Shown: one piece after another, positions 10,786-22,388 of the stretch
Numbering within the stretch: position 1 is the stretch's first letter
How the letters are laid out: every line of letters begins with the position of its first letter
Notes under the pieces: generated by a model
Seen by the model: the letters and a program-made list of their open reading frames with translations, nothing else
Told to the model about the DNA's origin: nothing
Database searches by the model: none
Position numbers and translations under genes: made by a program
Assembly (NCBI GenBank): GCA_008690995.1
Contig: VRMN01000003.1
Location: forward strand, 1,922,001 to 1,986,000
DNA: 64,000 nt
Origin: Porphyridium purpureum
Taxonomy: Eukaryota
Direction of reading: 5' to 3'

Positions 10786-11505
10786 TCAAGTCTCCTCATC
10801 AAGCTTTCTATGAAATTTCCGTTGCCGCATGTAGTGGATGGCGCGCTTCGTCACCAGAGGCATGACTCCGATGGCAACAAAGCTCAGCATCATTTGCGCA
10901 GACAGAATATCTTTGGGACCATTGATCTTAGCGAGCTTGGTGCCCGCATCCACAAACACAATCGTGGCGGGTAGCATACCGAGCTGGCTCACAAAAAAGA
11001 ACGCCACAGGCTTAATTTTGGTCACGCCCATGGCGAGGTTCAGCAAGCTGAACGGAATGATTGGTATGAGTCGCAAGGAAAACAAGTAGAACGCGCCTTC
11101 GCTCTCAAAGCCCTCCATGACGACGCGGATTCGGTCCCCAAAGTTCTCCATGACAAACGATCGCAGCAGAAAGCGCGACATGAGGAAGGCGACGGTAGCT
11201 CCAGCGGTGCTCGCAAACGAGACGAGCACGACGCCCGGCACGAGTCCAAACAGCGCGCCGCCGGACAGCGTGAGGACCAGCGAGCCCGGGATCGAGAGCG
11301 AGGTGAACGCAAAGTACAACAGAAAGAAGAGCAGCGCAGCCTCGCCCGGAGACGCCTCTACAAACTGCTGCAGGAGCTCCTTCTTCTGCTTCAGCATCGC
11401 AATGGACACATACTGCTCCACATCATACACCGTCACGCCAAACACCACCACCACCACCAACCCAAGCACCACGGCCCTAATTCGCTGCCCCTTGCTCCAC
11501 TTCAT
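10786..11505 (-). CDS. TVP38/TMEM64 (DedA/SNARE-associated, YdjX-like) membrane protein
   Basis: SLSIPG...GGALFG...STAGATVAFLMSRF, LRLIPIIPFSLLNLAMG, SQLGMLP motifs; multiple hydrophobic segments. Confidence 0.88.
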   Translation of the reverse strand: MKWSKGQRIRAVVLGLVVVVVFGVTVYDVEQYVSIAMLKQKKELLQQFVEASPGEAALLFFLLYFAFTSLSIPGSLVLTLSGGALFGLVPGVVLVSFASTAGATVAFLMSRFLLRSFVMENFGDRIRVVMEGFESEGAFYLFSLRLIPIIPFSLLNLAMGVTKIKPVAFFFVSQLGMLPATIVFVDAGTKLAKINGPKDILSAQMMLSFVAIGVMPLVTKRAIHYMRQRKFHRKLDEET

Positions 11506-12667
11506 ATCCAACCCACTACACTCATATATACACACAAACGCGCACCAATCACACCCGCAATCCACTTCTTCCCTTCGTCAGTCTCCCACTTGCGTCTCTT
11601 CTCGGTCTCGCCCCCTCAAGCCTTGCGCGCGAGGAGGATTAGGGTTTCTCTTTGTTTCCAGCCCGCGGTACAGTTAGACTTTGTGGTTGTAGTGTACACT
11701 TCGACGGTTTCCATTTCACTGTACTTCGAGTACTGCGTCGCGATGGGATGGGACAGAGGAGACAACTCGGACGCATGTGCCATGCCGGGATGGAGGTGTC
11801 TTGGATCGGAATGGGCTGCGATGGTCACCTTCCACGCGTTAGAATCGCCATGAGCACGGTCAGGCAATTGGTGCGCGTGACTTGGTGAGGCGATCTGCGT
11901 CTCCTCGTCATCTGATGCGGCGGCGGCGGCGGCGGCGGCGGCGGTGGTGGTGGAAAATTGCGCAACACGGTCTGATCGTGGTTTACATGTCGCTGGCCTT
12001 TGAACCAGATTCGCTCGTCGATTTGCGCTCCGAATGCGCGCTGGAGTATTGCCTTGGCAAAGCAACAGTCTCCGAAACGGAGGGACATGATGTTTGGCGT
12101 GAGACCAGTAGTAAAGTCATATGCTGGTTCCGTTGCCTCGGAACCTGTATCAACTCACCGCGGGGAGCGGCTCATGACTCTCGTCGGCAACCGGAGTATG
12201 CCACCTGCTTCGGATTTTGTACGGGCGCTTCAGGAAATACGCACCATGTGATCGTTCATGTATGCTGCTCGTGGAAAAGAATCTGTCTTTTCTGTTCCCT
12301 TTTCTCTCACAATCAGCTTCGTCACAGGCCGAAAGCAGCCAAAAATGTGTTTCCTTGATGGTAAGCGATATTTTTTGGACAATCTCGACGACCATACAAG
12401 GCGCATGGAAGTATCCGACCGCAGCCCTAGCAGCCGCACAAACGCAGCTCAGCTCGAGACAGAAGTCAAGGTGAGTGACCATGCAAGATCGAGGCCACGT
12501 CAAAGAATGTCGTGCGTCGTACCATCGCTGGAAATGATTGCCAAAGTCGATCAGCTATCCCCTATCGAAATACCGTATTTGCAGACATCATCTCAATCGT
12601 CCTTCGAAAGGGAAAGATTCCACACGAGAGCAATATTGAAAGGGAGGAAGAAGGGGTTTTCTACTTC

Positions 12668-12669
<2 letters not shown>

Positions 12670-12707
<38 letters not shown>
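12670..12707. repeat. (TC)n dinucleotide microsatellite
   Basis: Uninterrupted tctctc... tract. Confidence 0.95.
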
Positions 12708-12712
<5 letters not shown>

Positions 12713-13072
12713 GCGGATGATCAAATATCCACTCATCGTGGGGAAGACAAATTGAAAGAACAGAACACGGCCACAAGGCAGTGGCGCCATTCTGCCACGT
12801 GTCAACAAGTGCTTTGGACTCATTTGGACTCGTGCTCACGCATGGACTCTGCTTCGAATTCCATGTTCAGACCACTCGGGCGTTGTGCCATGTCACACGA
12901 AACCAAAGCCGCTCTCCGAAAGCCCCGATGACGCGCTGGACGTTAACCCCAGCAGTTGAACGGAAAATGTAAGCGATGTAAAATGGCTTCCTTGTAGTCG
13001 AGGAAATACGTGTACTTTTCGGGAAGGCCGAGTCAAGAGGGGGAAGCTGGCTTCAAGGCAGCACTATTCGAT

Positions 13073-13423
13073 TCAAGTCTTTCTTGGCGCGCCCTGCAGC
13101 GCTTTTGATCTGCGGACGCGTCGCTGGTCTCTGAATCTGACGCGCTCAAGCATGAAGATGAAGCGCGAGGGTCGGCAGAGGAAGGCCCAGTTTCGGAAGT
13201 ATGCGTTTTTTTCCTTGTCCGTCTCTGCACGTTCCGACTCGTCCGCCAGCTCATCTTCTTCAAAAATGGTTTCCAGGGACGGCTTGAATCGCGGTGTTCT
13301 TGCGCATGCTCTGGGTGTCGCGCAGTCCATAACTTTGTACTGAATTTCGTATTTCGCTGCACTCGTGCAGTTCGTGCACGCTGCGGCACGCTCCATCGGT
13401 GGCGTCCAGGATCCCATACACAT
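13073..13423 (-). CDS. Possible small hypothetical protein
   Basis: 116-aa ATG ORF with FKPSLETIFEEDEL acidic motif and a purine-rich leader; no recognised domain. Confidence 0.35.
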   Translation of the reverse strand: MCMGSWTPPMERAAACTNCTSAAKYEIQYKVMDCATPRACARTPRFKPSLETIFEEDELADESERAETDKEKNAYFRNWAFLCRPSRFIFMLERVRFRDQRRVRRSKALQGAPRKT

Positions 13424-14087
13424 TGTGTTCCTTATCCACTCTCAGAGTTGCCTCGTTCGCTTCTGTCCTTGTTGCCTGTCACCACATTGCACCTTCATCG
13501 CGCCGAGGCCCGCCACGCGCGAAGGCCGGGACAAGTGTTGCTTTAATGCTCCGACGCAAGGGATCCACCTGATGAAAATATCGCTCTCCGGAGCGTAACT
13601 GTCATATGCCTGCGGGGTCAATCATTCGGGCAGCGCGCGGATGACGCATCTCTCGGAGCACGCGCGGGCTGCTTGCACCTATTACGGCTTTGTGCGTCTG
13701 CCGCCACCCTGCCACATTGCCACACACACCGGTGCGTCGCTCCCCGCTCGCCCGCCCAAAACGTCATTACGATCTCACGGATCGACGCCGCTTGACATGC
13801 GCGCGCGCACGGCCCTTCCGCGCACGCACAAGCGATGCTGCAGGAGGTGTAACAAGCACCGATGGAGATTAACTTACACACTGCTCACCCAGTCGGCCCG
13901 GCTGTGCACTCCGCATAACTTCACGCGAGCAACACTTACTCAAGTAGCGGGAGCTGTGCAGTGTAAACTTTTACCGGCGTCGTTGGCGCCTTCGGAACCC
14001 TCGGAAGGGTTGCTTGCAGGACTTTGTTCAACTCGAGAATCTGAAGGGTATGTACACGAGCGCCAACCGCTCTGACCGCTGCACGCT

Positions 14088-17000
14088 TTATTCTGGAGAT
14101 GGAGGCGGCGGCGGCCTTTTCGAGCCCATGGAAGGGAAAATCAAGTTGAGAGGGTTAGTTGTGACTGTATGATCGGGCCTCTTGGGCATGAGCGTATTCA
14201 GCATGTTGATTCTTCGCACTGCGCTTGCAAGCGAGGGCTTTTGTGATTCGGATGCCGAGTGCTCTGGGATGTCGAGCGCTGGTTTCGGCCGACTCGCGCT
14301 ATCGACCTGCGGGATACGTAGGTTTGGGGATGCTGATTCGTACAGACCAGCTGGTGTCCATGGTTCCCGTGCTCTCGTTTCTTGCACTGGCACCCATGGC
14401 GCTTTGGACTCACTGGACAGTGAGGCGATCAACGGGGCGCTACGTATGGTCTGAAGCGATCCTGTGCTTCTTCTGATCAAAGATCGAGTCGCACCAGTAG
14501 CCTCGTCGGGCACGGCACGGTGCTGAAGCACAGTCCCCGTGCCCATATCCTGCCCTTCGCTGCTCTGCCGATCATGGTCATTATCGTGAGAGTCATGCCT
14601 GCAGAGAGCGAGCCAAGCGCACCTGGCGTGGAGTCGAGTCTCAGGATGCTCTGACTCGGAGTTCATGATTTCGCGCAGGCGCGAGTGAACTCCCATTCGG
14701 ATGAGAGCGCGGCGATTACACGAAAGAATGTCACTGTCCTCCTCATCTTTCATGGCTTCACAAAGAACCAAGATGGCACAGGACACTGAATGGACGAGTA
14801 AGGAGATATTCGCATACTTTGCCAGCGTGAGCTCAATAAGCTCTAAAACTTGCCACTTGGTCGCGAATTCTTCTCTGTACAGCTCCGGCTCGGCAACAAC
14901 CAAAATCGTGATACAGTCGAATCCTTCGCGCAAAACATCAAGTCCATCATGAAAATGATTTCGCATGCTTTGCGCAATGTAGCTGCCCACACACCACGCG
15001 TCAAGCTCAAGCACAAAGTCATAGCCAAAAGTCACCGCGCCGTTCGAGATGAAGCGGACATAGAGCTGCGCTATCTGCCAGTGCTCAAGTATAAGCGGTG
15101 TCAATGCGCCCAGAACCTCAGACACACAATCGGTGCGGATTACTAAAGGAAGGAGCTCCTCCGCCTGCATGATCACATTACACACGAAGTAGCATGCCGC
15201 TCTGACCAGCTGCAGAGCCAAAGCTACGCGTGACTCGGACGGCGGAGCGGACACTGAGAGTGAAGAGTAGCGCGTGAGTACCGTGAGCGCGCGCTCCAGA
15301 AATCCGTTTTCATCACCCACGAGAACCTTGACTGAGGCTACACCGAAGACGAGATTTGAAAGCGCCTCAAAAATTCTGCAGCACGCGTTAATCTGTTCCT
15401 CTTCCTCTGTTGCACCCATGCCCGGAGTTTTCTCCACGGCGGTTTCGATGACACGTCCGAACAAAGGCAATACCCCACGCTTTGTGATGAAGTATGGCGT
15501 GGCCGCGGGGCACTGGAAGCACGAGATTCGGACGCAATTTGCAAATGCGATTACAAGCTGAAGAGCTTGCAGAGCGTTGCTATCCGCGTACGGGTAAAAC
15601 CACGCTTTTGACTCGTCCAAAAAAGTGCACAGGTGTTCCGGGCCTTCCCACTCTGCAAAACGATCGACGCTCGGTGGAAATCCCAGCATGAAGCAAAAGA
15701 GCGAATCAAGCAGGCCAATGTAAAATTCTGCAAACACGCCTGGACACTCATTCCACCGGGGCGGCCGGTTGTTCAAGTACCACACAAATCGATCCATATC
15801 GAGCTCTTGACGCACCTGCTGCTTTCGCTCACCCCGGCAAGCATCCAGCACGCTTGAGACAGCACGAAACGCTCGCTGCGTCAGCAAAGACACACCGGAA
15901 TTGGATACACGAGCAGACTGGTTTGCTAAACACAACTGATAGACAGCATCGATCGCACGACCCAGGGGCGTCGGTATGTTTGCCTGCATGATGCTCAATG
16001 GCCATCCACTCGCAGCTCCCGACCAACAGTAAACTAGTTCACAGCACATGGTGGCACAATGTATCCATTCAATTTGGGGATGCCGACTGCGGGTGCGACG
16101 ACCATGCGCAACCGAGTCGTTGAACAAGTGGAGGATGTCGGCCACCGTTGAGCAAGGATGACTCAAAGAAGCACCTTCAAGTGATTCAAATTTCAGCGCA
16201 TAGAAGCGGGTGCGCCCAGAAACCAGTGTCAAAGTTTGCAGGCAAAGGCGCAATACAGACTGGCGTGCGTGATCGTCGGGCTGCATTTGATTTTCACTGT
16301 CCGTACGCACGCATACTGTCAACGCCCGCAAGGCACGCGCCAGCTGTGGAAAGGTCGTCCCATAAGTAAAAGCGTCCGCGCCCTGACGCGCAAGATATCG
16401 CAGCGCGGTACCTATTAAGAGGGCGGCGCAGGGATACAAGACGCCGAAAAACTGCGGCTCAATGTCGCACGTATCATCAGCGAGAACCAAGTCACACATT
16501 GATTGGAGCCCCTTGGTGGCAAAATCTATCAGAAGCATGCCGTGTGAGTGTTCTCGCTTTCCATCTGCGCCATTGCGTTCCACGAGCGTGCGTCTTTCGT
16601 GTGACGAATTCGCGGCGCCAATCGAGCACAGAAAGAGCGAAAAGACTGCACAACAACCGGCGTGTAACTGAGACAGAGTTCGGAGCGCCAAATTCAATTG
16701 TGGCTCAGACCACGGCTCTAACGAAGTACGATCCGTCCTATCCTGTTCGGGCCGGGCCGCTTGCCTCGCGGCATCCAGCAAAATGGGCCACACCTCGAGC
16801 GCCACTGTCATCAATCGCAAAAGCTGCTGCGGCACTGCGCCGGCCGTGGCCGTGGCAGCGGCAGCGGCAGCGGCAGCGGCGCCGCCCACTCCATTGCTCA
16901 CTTGAACACTATCTGATTGTGCCGCTGCAGCCAGCTGCGCATGCTCACACAACCGCTCCGTGACGGCAAACACGGCGTCAGTGGCCAACAACGCGAGCAC

Positions 17001-17147
17001 TGCGCGCTTCCTGCGCAGCACCACATCTCCCGGCGCGGCGGCAACGGACAACTCCGGAACTCGCAGCAACGCATCCAGATCACGCACATCCTGCTGCGCA
17101 CTTGCTTCTGCCCATTGCTCTATCTGCACCTCGGCATCCTCCTCCAT
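14088..17147 (-). CDS. Hypothetical ~1020-aa alpha-helical (ARM/HEAT-like) protein
   Basis: Long uninterrupted ORF with Leu/Cys-rich helical-repeat-like segments and a disordered C-terminal tail. Confidence 0.7.
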   Translation of the reverse strand: MEEDAEVQIEQWAEASAQQDVRDLDALLRVPELSVAAAPGDVVLRRKRAVLALLATDAVFAVTERLCEHAQLAAAAQSDSVQVSNGVGGAAAAAAAAATATAGAVPQQLLRLMTVALEVWPILLDAARQAARPEQDRTDRTSLEPWSEPQLNLALRTLSQLHAGCCAVFSLFLCSIGAANSSHERRTLVERNGADGKREHSHGMLLIDFATKGLQSMCDLVLADDTCDIEPQFFGVLYPCAALLIGTALRYLARQGADAFTYGTTFPQLARALRALTVCVRTDSENQMQPDDHARQSVLRLCLQTLTLVSGRTRFYALKFESLEGASLSHPCSTVADILHLFNDSVAHGRRTRSRHPQIEWIHCATMCCELVYCWSGAASGWPLSIMQANIPTPLGRAIDAVYQLCLANQSARVSNSGVSLLTQRAFRAVSSVLDACRGERKQQVRQELDMDRFVWYLNNRPPRWNECPGVFAEFYIGLLDSLFCFMLGFPPSVDRFAEWEGPEHLCTFLDESKAWFYPYADSNALQALQLVIAFANCVRISCFQCPAATPYFITKRGVLPLFGRVIETAVEKTPGMGATEEEEQINACCRIFEALSNLVFGVASVKVLVGDENGFLERALTVLTRYSSLSVSAPPSESRVALALQLVRAACYFVCNVIMQAEELLPLVIRTDCVSEVLGALTPLILEHWQIAQLYVRFISNGAVTFGYDFVLELDAWCVGSYIAQSMRNHFHDGLDVLREGFDCITILVVAEPELYREEFATKWQVLELIELTLAKYANISLLVHSVSCAILVLCEAMKDEEDSDILSCNRRALIRMGVHSRLREIMNSESEHPETRLHARCAWLALCRHDSHDNDHDRQSSEGQDMGTGTVLQHRAVPDEATGATRSLIRRSTGSLQTIRSAPLIASLSSESKAPWVPVQETRAREPWTPAGLYESASPNLRIPQVDSASRPKPALDIPEHSASESQKPSLASAVRRINMLNTLMPKRPDHTVTTNPLNLIFPSMGSKRPPPPPSPE

Positions 17148-19119
17148 CCTCACATCACACCCTAATCACACTCAACACAACATCTCGCCTCTCCTATCTC
17201 ATTCCATTCCTGGTGCGTCCGTTTCCCCCCCACCTGTTTCCCCCACCCTTCGTTTTTAAAAAAAGCAGTCGCCGCATTAAAAAAGAAGCTTAAAATAATG
17301 TCCCGCTTTAAACTGTACTTATGTTCCAATCGAGAGGTACACTAGAACCTGGACCGTGCTGCGGAGGCGATGAAAGGTTGGCGCTGCTGGGAATCAATGG
17401 TAAGACCTGTCGCTGATGACCGGCAAGCACGGAGTCCTCTTGAAGTTCTTTAACCCCCATACTGTCCAATCGACAACGCGGTCAAAGAGCCCGCACGAGA
17501 GACAGCCTTAATAGAGCAGTCCGCGTTCACCATACCTCAAAACCTGGGCGTACAGTGGTACGACAGACATCACCATGAGCGCTCGGTTACCTTTCATCCC
17601 AAGCACGACGAAAGCAGGTTTCGTACCATTCAACGATCACGCGCGGACGCTTCTGGCGTTCCTCCGTCCTGCGCGTTCTCTTCTCAGGGTGTCGGCTCCC
17701 CACTCAGCGGATTTCTCTGAACCTACTCCTCGTTGGTTCGAGTCACCTGGCAGTCACCCCGACAGGAAAGACAATGTAAAGAGTGAGCGGGTGACCACGC
17801 TTCTGCAGGGTGCCGCGTCTACATTGATCAACTGCGCTCGACGCGTATGGGTGTGCGGAAGCGGCGCCCCACACGCTTTCGTTGAGCGAAGGCGCGGCAC
17901 GCCGGCTGGCGGACGCACGAGCGCGGCGTTGGCGATGATGTGCGCCGCAGAGCGAAGTGTGCGCAGAGCGCGTGTGCCGCAGGTGGTGCGGGGCACGGCG
18001 CTCGGAAAACCACCCGGGTGATCCATTAGATGTTGAGCGAGGCCAGGGGCTCGTCGCGTTTCGATCGCCGGCATCGTTTCTCTCTGGCATGCTGCATGGA
18101 GCACGGACGCAGAACACGGGCTGAAGGAACTGTGAGGAGCAAGATGGGCAGCCAAGAGAAACATGCTTCTGCGGCTGCCCACCCCCGTGCACGACGTCAA
18201 GATCGCTAGAGGACGCAGCGACTTGGTGAGTTCGCAACGCAACGTGCGTACACGGCCTGCTTCGTCATTTGTGGCTCCTGCGTTGACGTGACTTGGCGGA
18301 CATGACTCTCGGACCAAAAGTGTCCGCGCGAGTGAGACTTACGCTCCTACCTTAACCTCTGTAGGCGATGAGGGAGCCGAGCGGGAGGCGCCAGCTGATG
18401 GGCACGGCGTGGTAGGAGGCGAAGCAAGCTGATGAGTCGCACTCCTCTTTCCATGTGAGATGCGATTTTCGCCCATCTGCGAGTGCGTTTTGTGACCGTA
18501 GTTACGTGCCAGCGCATCCTCGAGCCGCCCGCGAATCGCGATTCTTGCGCGGGACAATTTTCTGGGGGGTACCGGACGCCGTGCGACTGATGAACAGCAT
18601 CGGCTCTCTCGGCTCCAGCAGTCGTGCGGATGATTCGGTTGTGCTCTTTGAGAGGCGGAGAAATCACAGTCGCACGAAAGGTATCCGGCCTAAGCCTTGT
18701 TTGCCGGAGTTGGGAGAGCCGTTTATCACGAGGCGTGGTAGTGATTGAAGGCTACCTCATGGTTCAAATTTAGATACCGAAGCGGACTGAATCGCCCGTC
18801 TTGCTGGACGAGCCGGCGACGCGGCAAGCCACCGGCGGTGTGCTCGCGCGTCTGTTTGTATTGCGAATCTTTTGCAATACTGGGGAGCCGTACCGAGAAC
18901 CCCTAATGGAGACGCACAAAATGCGCAACTTGTTTTTTGGTGACGTACCCGTGTCGTTCAGGCTGGCGGGCTATGTGGCTTTGTCGCTGCGGCCGTTGCG
19001 TTTGAGCGGAAGTCGGTGTGCACGCGCCAGTGCGGATGGGCTCCCGCGCGCTCCTCCGTACCGAATCACGGACGGACGAGGAGCGGGTCGTGAGGCATGA
19101 GCGGGCGGCGCTTCGCGTC

Positions 19120-19127
19120 TATATAAA
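19120..19127 (+). promoter_or_regulatory. Putative TATA box of the phosphate transporter gene
   Basis: TATATAAA in a GC-rich context ~125 nt upstream of ATG 19250. Confidence 0.55.
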
Positions 19128-19249
19128 GAGAGGCGAGCTTGGGTGGCGGGCGAGGAAAGCATGTTGAATCGGACAGGGAAGGGCAGGATAAGGGTACCGG
19201 TAAGTTCGTGGCGAGACAGTTCGACTGTCAAAAATTCGGATACGGTAAC

Positions 19250-20968
19250 ATGGCGACCATCGAATACGTCATTGATCCCTTCTCGGGAACCACGCAGATG
19301 CAGCCATGGCAATGGATTTTTGCGATCTGCCTCATTGCGTCGTTCCTCCAGGGCGCGTCGATGGGTGCGAACGACGTGGCCAACTGCTTTGGTACGTCGG
19401 TCGGCGCCAAGGTGCTGACGGTTACGCAGGCCTGTTTTCTGGCAACAATTTTCATTACGCTGGGTTCCATGACCATTGGGTCGCAAGTGGCGAAGACCGT
19501 CGGCAAGGGCATTGTGAACTACAAGCTATTTGCGGACATCCCGCAGCTGTTCGCGCTGGGCATGTTGACTGCGGCGATTTCGACGGGTCTGTGGGTGAGT
19601 CTAGCGACGTGGCTGAGCATGCCCGTGTCAACGACGCACTCGGTTGTCGGGTCTGTGATGGGCTTTGGGCTGGTGCAGTTTGGCGGGTCTGGCATTGACT
19701 GGTGGCCGGGCGTGGGCAAGATTGTGATCTCGTGGGTGGCATCCCCTGTGGTGACGGGCATCTTTTCCGTGGCGTTCTACCTGACTGCGAAATACTGGTT
19801 CCTTCGCAAGGTGCAGCAGGACGAGTCGCGTCTGGAGTGGGGCCTGAAGCAGCAGATCTTCTACATGGGCATTGTGCTGTTTCTGGCGTTCCTTACATTC
19901 CTGATCTTCGTGACATTTACGTACGACGAAGATGCGGTGGGGATGAACTTGGGCATTTCGTTCGGTGTTGCGACTGCCCTTGCCGCGGCGTGGGTTTTCG
20001 GTCTGCACAAGCCCATCAACGGGTACTTTGCGAAGCGCGGGCTGATTGGTGGCTTCCACGACGAAGACGAGGTGGTAGCCAAGGACTTGGACGAGCTGAA
20101 TGAGATTAGCTCGTCAAGCGAGCACGACGAGGAGACTGCGACCGCGACGGCGACGGCGCCCGCGACGGCGGCGACAACTTCGGCCGCGGTGGGCAGCGCT
20201 GCCGTGTCTGGGGCGTCGCAGCGCTCGAACGCCATGTCTGTGGTGAGCTCGATCATGAGGTCTGATGCGGACCTGCGCGCCGATGGGCTTGCGCCGAACG
20301 ACATTTGGCACCCTGAGCTGGAGTCGCGCTTTGCCTTTGGGCAGATGGTGTCCGCGTGTTACGAGGCGATTGCGTTTGGGGCCAACGACATTGGCAACTC
20401 GAGCGGCACCCTGATTGCCGTGTACCAGACAATTGAGTACGCGAGTGTGGTGAGCAAGCCCTCGCCCGAGTACTGGGCGCTGGCGTACTGCACGGTCGGC
20501 ATTGTTGCAGGCCTGTGGCTGTTTGGTGCGAAAGTGATGCGCACGATTGGGCAGAATATCACACTGATGACGCCGATTCGGGGCCTGAGCGCTGAGCTGG
20601 CGACGGCGTTCTCCGTGCTGATTGCCTCGTATATCGGTATCCCGGTGTCGACAACGCACTGCAGCGTCGGTGGAGTGATTGGAGCCGGTCTGTGCGAGAC
20701 GCAGGGCTACAAGAAGGTGAACTGGAAGCTGATGCTCAAGGTGGCGGCGTCGTGGGTTCTGACGCTTCCGGTGGCGATGGGCCTGAATGCGCTGATGTAT
20801 GTGATCTGCCGCGGAGGAACGCAGGGGCAGTGGTTTGTGCCGCCGTCCGCCGTGGTAGGTGATGGAGTGGAGAATGCGTTCAACGACTACGAGTACACAT
20901 GTGTGGGTAACGCGGACATCCAGACCTGCACGTTGACGTTCGCATCGGAGCTGTTGGTTGAAGAGTAG
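19250..20968 (+). CDS. PiT/PHO4-family inorganic phosphate transporter
   Basis: Two signature motifs GANDVAN and GANDIGN, two PVSTTH motifs, multiple TM segments. Confidence 0.93.
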   Translation: MATIEYVIDPFSGTTQMQPWQWIFAICLIASFLQGASMGANDVANCFGTSVGAKVLTVTQACFLATIFITLGSMTIGSQVAKTVGKGIVNYKLFADIPQLFALGMLTAAISTGLWVSLATWLSMPVSTTHSVVGSVMGFGLVQFGGSGIDWWPGVGKIVISWVASPVVTGIFSVAFYLTAKYWFLRKVQQDESRLEWGLKQQIFYMGIVLFLAFLTFLIFVTFTYDEDAVGMNLGISFGVATALAAAWVFGLHKPINGYFAKRGLIGGFHDEDEVVAKDLDELNEISSSSEHDEETATATATAPATAATTSAAVGSAAVSGASQRSNAMSVVSSIMRSDADLRADGLAPNDIWHPELESRFAFGQMVSACYEAIAFGANDIGNSSGTLIAVYQTIEYASVVSKPSPEYWALAYCTVGIVAGLWLFGAKVMRTIGQNITLMTPIRGLSAELATAFSVLIASYIGIPVSTTHCSVGGVIGAGLCETQGYKKVNWKLMLKVAASWVLTLPVAMGLNALMYVICRGGTQGQWFVPPSAVVGDGVENAFNDYEYTCVGNADIQTCTLTFASELLVEE

Positions 20969-21529
20969 TGATTTCGTCTCCTCAATGGCGTTCGTCATGG
21001 CATGCACATGCTTGGGGTGAGCTTACTGCCGTGCCTGTTGCGTCGGTGTCGCGCTCTGCGGCAGAGAGTTCAAGCGCGGCGCGACGCCGGGCTCGGATCA
21101 AGCTCTGCAACGTCGGCGTTTCCTTAATTTTTTTGTCTATTGATAAGTGAGTGCGTGTATAAAACTGACTTTTAGTCAAGTGAGAAGTCGGAGGTCTTCG
21201 CCCTGGCTCGACGCAAGATCGTCTCTAGATGGAACTGCGCGGCGAGCGCGCCACTTCACACACGGTCGGAACGATTACGAACCCCACAACTTGAGATATT
21301 CCAGCAAGCCCCAATCTGAAAGACTTCCGCTCCTGGGAATCAAGCGCGCAACCACCAATGCACTCGGTGCTTTCACTCCCAAACACGACAAACGCCGGCT
21401 TTCAGTGTTTCAGCGATCACGGGGGTTCGCATCCCTCCCTGTCGGCTCCCCACGCGATGGCTTGCTTTTAACCGATTCCTTATCGGTTCGGTTCATCGAG
21501 CGGTCCCTCGAACAGGATAGGTTAGTGTA

Positions 21530-21556
21530 CAGTCCTGGCCAAGATGTTTGCAACAC
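21530..21556 (+). repeat. Tc1 left terminal inverted repeat
   Basis: Exact reverse complement of 30340-30366. Confidence 0.95.
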
Positions 21557-21786
21557 TCTCAGAAAATGTGAAATTCGTGTAAAAGTGAAGAATTTTGATA
21601 GACAAGGGTATGTTCTGAGCACGCCAATCGATCGCGCGTCCCAAGAAACACTGGGGAGCGTTCAGCTGGGAGGAAAAGGCAAGGAAAGAGCGCATGGGCA
21701 ATGGAGACAGCAAAAAGGGGGTATTGGCGAGGGGCGCAAGTTTTGGAACGTAACAAAGAAACACGAAGATCAAGAAGGATGAGACT

Positions 21787-22388
21787 TTAGTACTTGGTGT
21801 GGTGGCCGCGCGCGACTAGTACAGCTTGAAGACGGCGAGGCATGGACTCCAAAAGTGGAACTACGTACTTTTGGGCCTCGGTCGCCCACGCCGCAAGCAC
21901 AGCAGCCTTAAGTTCTGCGACGCGTGCGAACTGGCGGCCTTTTCGGTAAACCACGCGCGACAAGACGCCCCAAATGTTTTCAATTGGGTTAAGGTCCGGA
22001 GACCTTGCAGGCCACGGCAGCACAGTGACGCCGAGTGCGTCGAGCCACGCCTTGGTTGAGTTGGCCGTATGTGCCAGGGCATTGTCTTGCTGGAAAGTGA
22101 AATTGAAGTCATACATTTCCAGGCCAAGCGGAAGCAAGGCTTCCAGCAAGACTTGTTGATACTTCACGGCATTCAAGCCACCCTCGACGAAGACGGCCAT
22201 TGTTAGGCTGCGCAGGGACATACCGGCCCACATGTGAACCTTGCCACCTCCAGAGTGCTGGCGCCTGGCGTACGAACTTGACTTGGCGCGACAGTCGACC
22301 CATCGCTGCGAGGAGCCGAATGGGCCGTTGCAGCTCCAAATCTTCTCGTCTGAAAAGATCACTTGATGCCAGAAAGCCATTGGTTTTC
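21787..22388 (-). pseudogene. Tc1 transposase, C-terminal catalytic half (interrupted gene)
   Basis: VIFSDEK, FQQDNA, WPARSPDLNPIENIW; 34 residues between the second D and E. Confidence 0.93.

Noticed and set aside
17300..19100. Long gap with several 100-190 aa ORFs upstream of the phosphate transporter
   Set aside because: No recognisable domain, RNA gene or repeat; probably regulatory or intergenic
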